Assembly: GCA_964474435.1 (NCBI GenBank)
Contig: CAYYSI010000002.1
Coordinates: 26,193-90,192 of the forward strand
Direction of reading: 5' to 3'
From: an uncultured Candidatus Saccharibacteria bacterium
GTDB lineage: Bacteria; Patescibacteriota; Minisyncoccia; Phycocordibacterales; UBA9973
Length of the DNA: 64,000 bases
The position numbers and the translations under genes were made by a program. The notes under the pieces are model-generated. The model was not told the DNA's origin. It ran no database searches and worked only from the letters and a program-made list of their open reading frames with translations. This document shows positions 37,143 through 47,048 of the stretch, in pieces (position 1 is the first letter of the stretch; each line of letters starts with the position of its first letter).

Positions 37143-37697
37143 TTATTTCTTATAGATGTCTTGTAATAGATTAGCGTACTTCGCCTGCACCTTTTCAAGC
37201 TTTGGATTGATCACGGCTATGCAATAGCCAGCATTTTCGTGATTGGAATAATAATCCTTGTGATAGTCCTCCGCCTCATAGAATGTATCGAGTGGTTCAA
37301 CTGTTGTGACAATCGGTACACCCATTTCATTTGAAGCATTTGCATCCTTGATATATCTTTCTGCAATGTCTTTTTGTTCAGGTGTTGTATAAAACACGAC
37401 TGATCGATATTGTGTGCCAATATCATTTCCTTGTCTGTTAAGTGTCGTCGGATCATGACTGCCCATAAAGACTGTGAAGAGGTCTTCGTATTTCACAAGC
37501 GATGGATCGTATTCGATCTTCACCACTTCTGCATGACCTGTAGTGCCATCACAGACCTGCTCGTATGTTGGGTTCGCAACAGTCCCACCCGCGTATCCAG
37601 GAAGAACCGAACTCACACCCTTCATCATCTTGAACACTGCCTCCGTACACCAAAAGCACCCTCCACCAAATACTGCTGTTTGTGTATTCTTATCCAT
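37143..37697 (-). CDS. msrA: peptide-methionine (S)-S-oxide reductase MsrA
   Basis: AVFGGGCFWCTEAVF, GYAGG and NRQGNDIGTQYRS motifs. Confidence 0.9.
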   Translation of the reverse strand: MDKNTQTAVFGGGCFWCTEAVFKMMKGVSSVLPGYAGGTVANPTYEQVCDGTTGHAEVVKIEYDPSLVKYEDLFTVFMGSHDPTTLNRQGNDIGTQYRSVVFYTTPEQKDIAERYIKDANASNEMGVPIVTTVEPLDTFYEAEDYHKDYYSNHENAGYCIAVINPKLEKVQAKYANLLQDIYKK

Positions 37698-37757
37698 ATA
37701 TAAACTGTAGCATAGTCGTCAAGTAAAAAATCCGCCTTTCGACGGATTTATAAATTT

Positions 37758-38522
37758 TTAGAATTCAATCAATAAAGGAGAGTGGTCAGAAACTTCTTCT
37801 GGTAAAACCTTGAAATTTTTCACTACTATTCCTTTTGAAACAAGAATGTAGTCAGCAAATTTATCAGGCTTCTCATAAAAAGAGGTTCGAGTGGAAGTAA
37901 TAGCGCACTCTTTGATAAGATTTCGCAGGCCACATTTTTCAAGTATTGCCATACTTAAGGTATCAGGAAGCAAGTTAAAATCTCCACAGAATACTATTTC
38001 CCCTTTCAACGATCTAAGAAAGGATGCGATTTTTTGCGATTGCTCAATTCTCTCTGTACAATCTTTTTTTCCTTTTCCATTCCATAGCCCATGAAAGTTT
38101 ATAATGGTTATTTTCTTTCCATCAATTCCAAGAGTTAGGTACTGAATATTTCTCGCATGATTTCCGACATCACCAGTAGGGATATATCCTTTGTGTTTAT
38201 ACACAAAAACTTCTCCTTCATCGAAAAATTTGATGTCTTTGCGGGCAAACACAAGTAATCCGTAGTGATCAAAATAATGAGGCCTGAAATACGCATAATG
38301 ATGTGAGAGCACTGATGCTATTTCCTGTTTACCTTGCGTCATAATATTTTCCTGATCCAATTCTCTTTGTGCAATTTTTTGGCCTTTAAGATCAGGATAT
38401 GGCGCCGCCCATATTTCTTGTAAACAAAACACATCGATAGTGTTTCGATACTGCTCAAAGAATGCCAAAAGTTTTTCTTTACCAGCCAATCCACCCCAAG
38501 TATTAAGTGTGATTATTTTCAT
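37758..38522 (-). CDS. endonuclease/exonuclease/phosphatase (EEP) family protein
   Basis: LNTWGG..., FCLQE, GDFN and C-terminal SDHSPL catalytic motifs. Confidence 0.7.
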   Translation of the reverse strand: MKIITLNTWGGLAGKEKLLAFFEQYRNTIDVFCLQEIWAAPYPDLKGQKIAQRELDQENIMTQGKQEIASVLSHHYAYFRPHYFDHYGLLVFARKDIKFFDEGEVFVYKHKGYIPTGDVGNHARNIQYLTLGIDGKKITIINFHGLWNGKGKKDCTERIEQSQKIASFLRSLKGEIVFCGDFNLLPDTLSMAILEKCGLRNLIKECAITSTRTSFYEKPDKFADYILVSKGIVVKNFKVLPEEVSDHSPLLIEF

Positions 38523-38575
38523 TTTAAATAAGTTTAGTTTGAATTACTCTACTTATTTTTCTAAATAAGTCAAAC

Positions 38576-40315
38576 CTACCGCTCCCCAACCTGCTGGCGC
38601 CACATCGCTTGATAGAGTCCATGCTTCTCGAGGAGTTGGTCGTGGGTACCACTTTCGCTAATACTTCCCTTTTCCAACACATAGATACGATCTGCATGCA
38701 TAATGGTCGAGAGTCGGTGTGCGATGAGGATCGTGATGCGTTCGTTCATGGCAGAGACATCTTTGATCGTCTTACTGATTTCTTCTTCGGTGAGCGAGTC
38801 GAGTGCAGATGTTGCTTCATCAAATACGAGAATGTTTGGATCACGCAAGAGTGCTCGCGCAATCGAGAGACGTTGCTTTTCTCCGCCTGATACCTTCACA
38901 CCACCTTCACCGATCACGGTGTCGAGTCCCTTGCCACCACGTTCAAGCAGGTTGTGACACTGTGCCTTTTCAAGTGCCTGAAGCATTGATTCGTCAGTTG
39001 CGTTTGGATTAACGAACAACAGGTTTTCACGAATAGTACCCGAGAAGAGCTGTGTGTCCTGTGTCACAAAGCCGATCTGCGTGCGAAGCTCATCTTTGTC
39101 GATCGCATCATACGCAATGCCGTTGTATTTGATCGTGCCGTCAGTTGGTTCATAGAGTCCAACGAGGAGCTTCACAAGCGAAGTCTTGCCACTTCCTGAT
39201 GGACCAACGAAGGCGATCGTCTCGCCGCGATTGACTGCATAGTTGATAGAGGTAAGTGCCTGGTTGCTTGCGGACTTGTATCCAAATGATACGTTGTCGA
39301 ACTCGAGTGTGGTAACGTCTCCAACACTTTTTGGATCAGCCGCACGAGGTTCGGGCTCGGTGTTCATGAGTATCTCGTAGTTTGCAAGCGACGCTTCTGC
39401 TTGGCGATATGTCGCAATGTATCCAGCAATCTGTGTCAGTGGGAAGAAGAGATAGAATGAATAAATGTTGAGTGAGAAATATTCACCGAGCGTGATCTTG
39501 CGGGTAAAGATGAGGTAGAAAAGGAACAGATAGATAACTGCGCGAATGAGGTTGGTCACTGTTCCTTGGATGAAGTCGAGCGTGCGGACGTATTTGAGTT
39601 TCTTGAGTTCGAGTTTCAAAATTTTTTCAGTCGTGAGATTGAGTCGATCGACTTCTTGACCGGTAAGTCCCAAACTTTTTACGAGCTCGATATTGCGCAG
39701 CGACTCAGTTGTAGAACCAGCGAGTGCCGTCGTCTCTGCCACAATAAGTGTCTGAACTGTTTTGATCTTTTTGGAAAAGACGAGCGTGATTGCACCAATG
39801 ATGAGCACCATCGCACCGTAGAGGACTGGGATAATCCAATACACGGTTGCAGTATATGCAAGGACAAAGATCAAAATGATGCCTGAGAGAAAGAGCACGT
39901 TGATCGTATCTTGCAACAACTTCTCAGTATCAGTACGAGCCTTTTGGAGTTTGCCCAATGTTTCCCCACTTCGTTCGTCTTCGAATACGGCGTATGGGAG
40001 CCCGAGCGAGTGCTCAACCCCTGAGCTATACATATCTGCACCACTTCGCTGACTGACGCGATTGAGGTAATAGTCTTGAAAATTCTTGGCTACACGAGAG
40101 ATGAATGCAGTGCCGATGAATACAAGGAGGAGGCTAATAGTTCCCCTCAGGAATTCTGCTTTTGTAAGCGTCTCAAACTTGAGAGCATAGTTGTCGATGA
40201 TGCGCTGATAGATGATCGGTTCGATCAATGAAAAGACTTGGTTGATGATGGCAAGGCCGACGACGAGCAGGCACATTTTCCAGTATTTGCGGAGGTATTG
40301 TTTGAGGATTTTCAT
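38576..40315 (-). CDS. ABC exporter, fused permease and ATPase (MsbA-like)
   Basis: 6-TM domain followed by Walker A GPSGSGKTS, LSGGEKQR and ILVFDEATSALD. Confidence 0.8.
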   Translation of the reverse strand: MKILKQYLRKYWKMCLLVVGLAIINQVFSLIEPIIYQRIIDNYALKFETLTKAEFLRGTISLLLVFIGTAFISRVAKNFQDYYLNRVSQRSGADMYSSGVEHSLGLPYAVFEDERSGETLGKLQKARTDTEKLLQDTINVLFLSGIILIFVLAYTATVYWIIPVLYGAMVLIIGAITLVFSKKIKTVQTLIVAETTALAGSTTESLRNIELVKSLGLTGQEVDRLNLTTEKILKLELKKLKYVRTLDFIQGTVTNLIRAVIYLFLFYLIFTRKITLGEYFSLNIYSFYLFFPLTQIAGYIATYRQAEASLANYEILMNTEPEPRAADPKSVGDVTTLEFDNVSFGYKSASNQALTSINYAVNRGETIAFVGPSGSGKTSLVKLLVGLYEPTDGTIKYNGIAYDAIDKDELRTQIGFVTQDTQLFSGTIRENLLFVNPNATDESMLQALEKAQCHNLLERGGKGLDTVIGEGGVKVSGGEKQRLSIARALLRDPNILVFDEATSALDSLTEEEISKTIKDVSAMNERITILIAHRLSTIMHADRIYVLEKGSISESGTHDQLLEKHGLYQAMWRQQVGER

Positions 40316-40367
40316 AGGTGGACAGTATAGCAAAAACTCCCTTATCAGGAAGTTTTTATCTTTTTAT

Positions 40368-40865
40368 TTATTTCACTGGCATGTCCATGCCGCCCCAGAG
40401 GTTGGAGGTACCGATTGCGCTGTTGCCAGAAGATTTGATGTAGAGGAAGAGCTGCATCTTGTATGCACCTGCCCATTTGAGGAGATTTTCTACAAGGTAG
40501 CGGCCTTTTGTCATCTCGCCCATCCCATAGATATTGATCACGGTTTGCATTTGGGCATCATCAAACTTCTCGAGCATTCCCTTCCAGAGTGCAAGTTGTG
40601 CGTCCATTTTTTCAGGAAAATTTTGCCCTGTTGTTTCTTCTGCCTTCAATGGAGCAGTTTTGTATGCGTCAGTATTTCCTTCATAGATCACATGTGTTGC
40701 ATTCGCAAAAATACTCGAGAGGTATTGGAGGAGCTCGAGTGTCGTGCGCTGGCCTTCGGTTGGCTTATACCCCCATGTACCATCAGGAATTTTTTCCCAT
40801 AGATGTTTGATAATGCGGAATTCGTTTTCAATAGACGCGACAAGGTTTTCTTTGGTGTAAATCAT
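40368..40865 (-). CDS. hypothetical helical-bundle protein (possibly DinB/YfiT-like)
   Basis: 165 aa; weak resemblance to the DinB_2 four-helix bundle; no catalytic His triad recognised. Confidence 0.3.
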   Translation of the reverse strand: MIYTKENLVASIENEFRIIKHLWEKIPDGTWGYKPTEGQRTTLELLQYLSSIFANATHVIYEGNTDAYKTAPLKAEETTGQNFPEKMDAQLALWKGMLEKFDDAQMQTVINIYGMGEMTKGRYLVENLLKWAGAYKMQLFLYIKSSGNSAIGTSNLWGGMDMPVK

Positions 40866-40884
40866 AGGAGCCCAGTATAGCAGA

Positions 40885-41148
40885 TTATGATTTCCAGCGT
40901 TTGAGCTTGGGGATGTTGCGGGTGAAGTGTGTGCGAAGGATACTTGGGATCTTGTATTCCTTGAGCTTCTCCTTTACCTGCTCGCGCATAGCTTCGGCAG
41001 TGATACCAGGCTGTGTAAATGTACCATTCTGGTAGCAATAACTACAGTACTCAGACGAGAGACTTCCGTCGGCATTTGTTCCTCCTCCCTGCGGGTCTTG
41101 CGACATCGGCATCCCACAACTTTGGCATACTGCTTTTTTCTTGAACAT
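40885..41148 (-). CDS. zinc-ribbon domain protein
   Basis: MFKKKAVCQSCGMPMS...EYCSYCYQNGTFT is a widespread zinc-ribbon family; start at the internal ATG 41148. Confidence 0.5.
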   Translation of the reverse strand: MFKKKAVCQSCGMPMSQDPQGGGTNADGSLSSEYCSYCYQNGTFTQPGITAEAMREQVKEKLKEYKIPSILRTHFTRNIPKLKRWKS

Positions 41149-41209
41149 ATAGGGAGTATAGCAGGGATTAAAGACGAGTGGGGATTTAAAAATGGTACTA
41201 TGCACATAC

Positions 41210-41782
41210 ATGAAAACAGTGATTGCACTTATTGCAGCCCTGCTGGCCATCGTCGGCAACGTCCCCTATCTGCGCGATATTATTAAAAAGAACGTACAGC
41301 CACATCCCTATACCTGGCTCGTCTGGTCCATCGTGTCCTGTATCATCTTTTTTGGACAAGTAGCAAAGGGTGCAGGTATCGGCGCGTTACCGACGGCTGC
41401 ATCCGAGATCTTTACTATCATCATCTTTTTCTTCTCTTTGAAATATGGCTTCAAAAATATTCACAAGATCGACACTCTATTTTTAGTCATTGCCTTGCTT
41501 GGCATCATTCCATGGATCATGACCAAAGACCCTACGATCTCTGTTATTATTGCAGTCGGTATTGATCTCACCGCCTTTGTTCCAACGATTCGAAAGACAT
41601 TCCGTAGCCCAAAAACAGAAACACCCACACTCTATATCACCAATGTCTTGCGCCACATACTCATGCTCTTTTCTCTCCAAGCATATAACATTGCGACAAC
41701 ACTCCACTCGATCGCCATGATCATCACCAATACGATCATGACCGTATTGATTGCGCGTAACCCAAAGCTCGTTCGTCGGTAA
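41210..41782 (+). CDS. hypothetical integral membrane protein (about 6 TM)
   Basis: Hydrophobicity pattern only. Confidence 0.4.
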   Translation: MKTVIALIAALLAIVGNVPYLRDIIKKNVQPHPYTWLVWSIVSCIIFFGQVAKGAGIGALPTAASEIFTIIIFFFSLKYGFKNIHKIDTLFLVIALLGIIPWIMTKDPTISVIIAVGIDLTAFVPTIRKTFRSPKTETPTLYITNVLRHILMLFSLQAYNIATTLHSIAMIITNTIMTVLIARNPKLVRR

Positions 41783-41807
41783 TACTACTGACTATGTGGT
41801 GCCCAGA

Positions 41808-42209
41808 TTACTTAGTACTCCAGTTTTTCTGCCACGATTTCATTTTTACTATCTCGCCTGTTTGAGCAGCAATGATAGCCTTTGCAAGGTCTTTGAGTTC
41901 CTGGTGGTTTGCATTGGTGAGCGCAAGTGTTGCCATATCAATCGCTCCTTGATGGTGTACAATCATTTCAGAAAGGAATGCTTGGTCAAATGCGTCCCCA
42001 GTCTTTCCTCGAAGTGCTGCATTCATATCCATCATCGCTGACGACATGTCAGACCCATCATTGTTCATCATCGTACCGTCTGGCATTGTATGACTTCCTT
42101 TGCTCATGAGTGGTGCACCGTGCGGAGTGCTCCCCCATATGAGATACCCGGCAAACAAGCCAACGACAAGTGCTCCTATTATACTCACTATTACATTAGT
42201 TTTTTGCAT
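41808..42209 (-). CDS. DUF305 domain protein, membrane-anchored
   Basis: FDQAFLSEMIVHHQGAIDMA is the hallmark of the DUF305 helical domain. Confidence 0.6.
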   Translation of the reverse strand: MQKTNVIVSIIGALVVGLFAGYLIWGSTPHGAPLMSKGSHTMPDGTMMNNDGSDMSSAMMDMNAALRGKTGDAFDQAFLSEMIVHHQGAIDMATLALTNANHQELKDLAKAIIAAQTGEIVKMKSWQKNWSTK

Positions 42210-42263
42210 ATATGTTTTAAGACTATATCTATTAAAGAAATTACTATTATAAAGCTCTGCTGA

Positions 42264-42779
42264 TTACAGTGTAATCCCTAACATCTGTACCACAATACCT
42301 GCGATAGGGTCAGCACTTAGTCCATATACCATCACTCCCCCTAAAAGCCCAGTGATCACAATAGCAATAAGTCCAAGTACTGCAAGTATCGTCGAGAGGA
42401 CAGGGTGTGTCAAAAGATTTTTGAGAAATTGTACTGTCGTTATAACTCTCGGTGATTTCACTTTTGAAACGATCCACAGCATCGCCACCGAAAGGATCTC
42501 GCCAATCAAAAGGAGTCCGTACATCCACGTCGAAGCAGTAGCAAACAATGCGTGCATTTCAACGAGATCACGGTTGGGGCGCACTATGTGTTCTGCAATT
42601 TCCCCTGTTGAAAGTGAGACAAGGGCGCCAAGTACTCCGAGAAAAAGGAGTGTGCGCTCAATGTGTTTCCAAGTAACAGTCGGAAACCATTTCTGAAGCG
42701 GTAGTATTTTTATGATCGAATACACGAAAAGTAAGGCGATGGGGAAATGAACAAGGATGGGATGGGTGTTATATGTCAT
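42264..42779 (-). CDS. DUF2231 membrane protein
   Basis: HPILVHFPIALL N-terminal motif and a 4-TM pattern. Confidence 0.55.
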   Translation of the reverse strand: MTYNTHPILVHFPIALLFVYSIIKILPLQKWFPTVTWKHIERTLLFLGVLGALVSLSTGEIAEHIVRPNRDLVEMHALFATASTWMYGLLLIGEILSVAMLWIVSKVKSPRVITTVQFLKNLLTHPVLSTILAVLGLIAIVITGLLGGVMVYGLSADPIAGIVVQMLGITL

Positions 42780-42804
42780 AGTACGAGTATATCAGGAAAA
42801 AATG

Positions 42805-42877
42805 GGGGCCTATCGGGAATCGAACCCGAATCGAAGGTTCCACAAACCTCAGTGTTAACCGTTACACCATAAGCCCC
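42805..42877 (-). tRNA. tRNA-His (GTG) with genomically encoded G-1
   Basis: Cloverleaf folded manually: G-1 opposite C73, acceptor GGGCUUA/UAGGCCC, anticodon loop UUGUGGA, T-loop TTCGATT. Confidence 0.85.
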
Positions 42878-42925
42878 ATGAGTGGTTGCTGATAACAGCG
42901 CTTTTCGTTATACCAGATTTATCCC

Positions 42926-43924
42926 TTAAAGACTAGGTTCTGGTGGTATTACTACCCTCTTTTTGCGTTCAAGGATTGCTTCAAATATCTGGGAACCAAT
43001 AACGGCACAGATGACGAGTCCCACGTAGACACCCAGCCCTCCATAAAATGAGAGGTGGATCTTGCGCAATGACCCTAGGAAAAATGCCGTGTACCAACTC
43101 GTGAGCGACACTGCCCCGAGCGCAAATGCGAGACACCGGAAGTGTCGCGCAGGCACAGTGTCCGTGAATGAAAAGCTTCGCATGCGTGGTGCGACTTTCA
43201 TATTGAGCAGTAGTCCATTGATGATGATAACTCCTACCACAATCACCTTGAGCATAAACTTTGGCGACTCGTTCAGTCGTGCTTGTTCGGGCAAGTACAA
43301 CATGAGGCCTGAGACGACAAGTACTGCAAGTCCAACCCAGATCACGTTGGTGAGTGTGTCCATCGTCCCCTTTTCTTCTTCGGAGATTTTGTCATCCTTG
43401 AGGAATCTAAAGAAAAAGACATCGGTGATCGTCGCACCCCCCAGTCCCAATATAAATCCGATGTTATGAATGATGACCCACCACAACCTTTGCGACGCAA
43501 GAAGTGCAAAGAAATCAGTATGCACATGCCCAAAGAGCGCAACCACAAGGAGAAGTGTTGCAAATGCAGATCCGAGACACCATGCACACCACGCTCTGAT
43601 GACGAGTGCCTGAAGCGCGATGAGATAGATCGAAAATAGCGCACCGCCTATTGTCATGATCGACAGTACCCATAGCAACGTTCCAGTCAAAAGTATTGGA
43701 AACACAAGGACGAGCGCATAGAGCACTCCGACGATGGTGTAGTACGCGATGCCGAGCAATGTATTGTCGATACCAGCCGTCGTTGCAAACGTACTATGCA
43801 CCACCATTTCGCAATTGCTCTCGCGCGGACAAACCAGTCGCGTCTTCTTTTTCTTTTGTCTATATATGTAGAGCGATACGCAAAGTCCGATGAGTGCGCC
43901 AATGATGCCGAGATACAAATGCAT
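42926..43924 (-). CDS. vitamin K epoxide reductase (VKOR) family membrane protein with an additional C-terminal TM domain
   Basis: Loop cysteines C..C near the N-terminus and a CAWC redox motif in a TM helix; 332 aa. Confidence 0.55.
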   Translation of the reverse strand: MHLYLGIIGALIGLCVSLYIYRQKKKKTRLVCPRESNCEMVVHSTFATTAGIDNTLLGIAYYTIVGVLYALVLVFPILLTGTLLWVLSIMTIGGALFSIYLIALQALVIRAWCAWCLGSAFATLLLVVALFGHVHTDFFALLASQRLWWVIIHNIGFILGLGGATITDVFFFRFLKDDKISEEEKGTMDTLTNVIWVGLAVLVVSGLMLYLPEQARLNESPKFMLKVIVVGVIIINGLLLNMKVAPRMRSFSFTDTVPARHFRCLAFALGAVSLTSWYTAFFLGSLRKIHLSFYGGLGVYVGLVICAVIGSQIFEAILERKKRVVIPPEPSL

Positions 43925-43948
43925 TTTTAAATTATACCATCACTCTTC

Positions 43949-44956
43949 TTATTCCTTTATTTCAGTCTTGTACACTGACGCGAGTGCATACATAAATGAG
44001 ATCGCAAGTGGACCGACGAGGATGCCGATCGGGCCAATGAGTGCGATACCGCCGAGCACTGAGAAAAGCACGAGGAGTGGATGAATGTCTATTTTCTTGC
44101 CGACGAGGTATGGGTTCAAAAGGTTATCAATAGAGCCAACCAATACCGCTGCCCAGATACCAAACCCGATTGCAGCTCCGGTGTTGCCACTGACAACAAG
44201 GAAAAGGATTGCAGGGATTGCAACAAGAGCTGTCCCGATCGTTGGCACAAGCGATGCGATACCAGCAAGTACCCCAAAGAGTGCGGCATTTGGTATGCCA
44301 AATATCCAAAGCCCGATACCCATGAGTATCCCTTGTGCAAGCGCGATCAAGAGATAGCCCTTCATGATGCCGTTGACTGCTGCATTGAGCTTCGTCAGGA
44401 TCTTGTGACTGCTGTCATCAGAGAGTGGGCTAAACTTCACAAGCGTTTCCTTCCAATCAGTACCGTCCTTGAGGAAATAGAACATCGCGAGTATGACGAG
44501 GAGGAATGAAAAGAGTGTTGCAAGGGTTGCCGTAAATGCATTCCCAATACCATTACTCAGGCTTGCAGTGAGAGCCGTCACGCTTGATTTGAGGTTGATC
44601 GCGCCGCCTGGAAACAAGTTGGTTATAGAGCGATTGAACACACGTGTGATGTTATCAAGTCCCCCATGATCTGATACCCATCCAGCGAGATTTTGTGATT
44701 GCTTAAAGACGAGCGTGCCGACCGTAAAGAGTGGGATACAGAGAACGATAATAAATATGAGCACGGTCAAAAGGGACGCAACCCATGAAACCTTGAGGTG
44801 TTTCTTGAGCAGTTTGTAGAGTGGAAAGAGTACTGCCGAAAGCGCTATAGAAAGAATGATCACCTTGGCAAAGGGCCAGAGTATTGCGGCAACCAATCCG
44901 GCCCCGACAATAAACAGTGCTGCATAAAAGTATTTGCGCGTGGATTGTTCGTACAT
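43949..44956 (-). CDS. AI-2E family transporter (second copy)
   Basis: 335 aa, same topology and conserved core as the gene at 6945-8018. Confidence 0.7.
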   Translation of the reverse strand: MYEQSTRKYFYAALFIVGAGLVAAILWPFAKVIILSIALSAVLFPLYKLLKKHLKVSWVASLLTVLIFIIVLCIPLFTVGTLVFKQSQNLAGWVSDHGGLDNITRVFNRSITNLFPGGAINLKSSVTALTASLSNGIGNAFTATLATLFSFLLVILAMFYFLKDGTDWKETLVKFSPLSDDSSHKILTKLNAAVNGIMKGYLLIALAQGILMGIGLWIFGIPNAALFGVLAGIASLVPTIGTALVAIPAILFLVVSGNTGAAIGFGIWAAVLVGSIDNLLNPYLVGKKIDIHPLLVLFSVLGGIALIGPIGILVGPLAISFMYALASVYKTEIKE

Positions 44957-45006
44957 AGAGTTAGTTTAGCATGATACGCAAAAATCCCCTTTCGGGAATT
45001 TCCTTG

Positions 45007-45088
45007 TGCGCGCGAGAGGACTTGAACCTCCACGGATTGCTCCATACGAACCTCAATCGTACGCGTATACCAGTTCCGCCACGCGCGC
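45007..45088 (-). tRNA. tRNA-Leu (GAG)
   Basis: Acceptor GCGCGCG/CGCGCGC, anticodon stem UACGA/UCGUA with loop UUGAGGU (G37), long variable arm, T-loop TTCAAGT. Close to E. coli tRNA-Leu in the D-arm. Confidence 0.85.
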
Positions 45089-45089
45089 A

Positions 45090-45767
45090 TCAGTATGTTA
45101 ATTGTTGCTTTCTTTCAACTTCCAAAGCTGTTTCCACCTTTGTACGCTTGCGAGACAAACAAACAACAGTGGGACTATAGTACATTTTTGAAATTATTTC
45201 CAGTGCTTCCCTTTTGGCATACTTGAGCTGCAAAACTGATGTCTTTTGAGTACCAGTTATATGACCTTTGATTCCTATCAATCGCTGTATTGTGCTTTGG
45301 AGCCAATCGACGTGTTTCCTACTTGCAGAAATGAATTCAATATAAAACATGTGGCTCGATTTCCATCGAGGATCCCAATATGAATAAAAAGATCCGTCGC
45401 CATCGAAACATCCACGTAGATAATCAAAGAAGTATTCTTCCGGCACGAGAACGGCCCCAATAGTTTTTGATTTTGCAGGAGTAAGCCCAATACCAAGGAG
45501 AAATTCATAAAATGTTACATCCCCAAACTGCACATGGAAATATTTTTTCTCTGTTGATCTCCCATTTGATTTCACCCCAATCTTTACCGTGAGACCAAGG
45601 CATTTTTTGAAATTTTCAGCTTGTTCCAAATCTTTGGAAGTAAAGCTCATATGGCGCATGTCGTTGTACAAACAACCATCCGTAACGAGTAGCCCTATTG
45701 CATATGCAAAGTTTGCTGACCATTCTATCGGTATGTTCCGTTTTGGTTTTGGTCCCCGCCTCCCCAT
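45090..45767 (-). mobile_element. LAGLIDADG-family homing endonuclease gene (two-motif, single-chain type), free-standing
   Basis: Motifs AIGLLVTDGCL and LRGCFDGDGSF (P1 and P2 LAGLIDADG helices). ATG at 45767; the ORF can extend to a TTG at 45806. The stop codon is 1 nt from the tRNA-Leu 5' end. Confidence 0.75.
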
Positions 45768-45816
45768 ACTATTACTAGTATACCTCAAGGTAATAGCGTC
45801 TACCAATTACTTTTCA

Positions 45817-45846
45817 AAGAAAAAATCCCTGGATGGGATTTTTTGT
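45817..45846. terminator. terminator after rplS
   Basis: AAAAAATCCC-tggat-GGGATTTTTT hairpin with flanking A- and T-runs. Confidence 0.6.
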
Positions 45847-46287
45847 TTATTCCTGATTTGTTGTTTCGATCTCTGGAGTCGTATCTGCAGCTGATTCCAT
45901 CTCTTCCATTTCTTCGGCAACAACCGCGATCTTGCCCCCGAGGATCTGTTTCATCTTGCGGCGGATTTCCTTGGCTGCCTTGTCTCGGATGTAGTAGAGC
46001 TTGCTTCGGCGAGTCTTGGTATGCTTGGTGACTTCGATACGATCGATCATTGGAGAATAGAGTGGGAAAATACGCTCAACGCCCACTGAGTTTGATACCT
46101 TGCGGACGGTAAATGTCGCTGTTGGAGAAGTGCCGTGCTTGCGCGCAAGGACGATGCCTTCGAATGCCTGCAAACGGTACTTGCCCTTATCTTCGATTTT
46201 TGACCAGACGCGCACAGTGTCTCCTGAGGTGAACTCAAGTTTCTGGCGAGCTGCGACGTCGACTGGGGTGAATGTAGTTGATTCCAT
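45847..46287 (-). CDS. rplS: 50S ribosomal protein L19 with an acidic C-terminal extension
   Basis: FTSGDTVRVWSKIEDKGKYRLQAFEGIVLARKH...FTVRKVSNSVGVERIFPLYSP.IDRIEV; start at ATG 46287. Confidence 0.85.
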   Translation of the reverse strand: MESTTFTPVDVAARQKLEFTSGDTVRVWSKIEDKGKYRLQAFEGIVLARKHGTSPTATFTVRKVSNSVGVERIFPLYSPMIDRIEVTKHTKTRRSKLYYIRDKAAKEIRRKMKQILGGKIAVVAEEMEEMESAADTTPEIETTNQE

Positions 46288-46312
46288 ATAGGTCGAAACT
46301 GTATCACAAAAG

Positions 46313-47047
46313 CTATGCTTCTGCAATACTCCCTGTAGCAACCTGGAGAGCCCGTTCAAAATCCTCCGGATAGGGCGCTGTTATCTCGATATTCTCCCCT
46401 GTCGGAGCCATGAAGCTGATAGTCCGAGCATGGAGTGCCACTCGATCAAATCCGAGCGCCTCCTTGCCGCCATAGAGACTGTCCGACACAATCGGCCGCT
46501 GGAGATATTTCATATGGACGCGGAGCTGGTGCGTGCGACCAGTCTGGGGCCACAGATGCATAAATGAAAAACGCTCAGCACCAGATTCAAACTGCTGCAC
46601 TGCTTCCCATTTCGTCACCGCCTCGCGCACTTCGCCTCGCACACCGCGCCCTGCCTGCCACCGACGGAAGTCTCCGACACTTCGACCAATCGGCTCATCA
46701 ACAATCCCTTTTGATTCTTTGAAATGTCCCCACACAAATGCGTGATATTCCTTGTGCACTGTGCGATCTTTGAACTGCTGCTTCAAGTATTCAAATGCTT
46801 CTTGAGTTTTCGCAATGACCAAACACCCACTCGTTTCTTCATCGAGCCGATGCACAATCCCTGGACGCTCGATCACCTTGCCATCGACTTCCATATTCTC
46901 CCCAACCCCCACAATACCCGGCCGCTCCTTCAAAACCCAGTCCACAACTGTCGGCACCTCACTCTTGCCATCGCCATGGGTCCGCAGACCTGATGGTTTG
47001 TTGATGATGAGAAGGTCTGGGGTTTCGAATAGGATTTCTATGGGCAT
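46313..47047 (-). CDS. RluA-family pseudouridine synthase
   Basis: LLIINKPSGL and catalytic HRLD motif; no S4 domain. Confidence 0.8.
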   Translation of the reverse strand: MPIEILFETPDLLIINKPSGLRTHGDGKSEVPTVVDWVLKERPGIVGVGENMEVDGKVIERPGIVHRLDEETSGCLVIAKTQEAFEYLKQQFKDRTVHKEYHAFVWGHFKESKGIVDEPIGRSVGDFRRWQAGRGVRGEVREAVTKWEAVQQFESGAERFSFMHLWPQTGRTHQLRVHMKYLQRPIVSDSLYGGKEALGFDRVALHARTISFMAPTGENIEITAPYPEDFERALQVATGSIAEA

Positions 47048-47048
47048 A

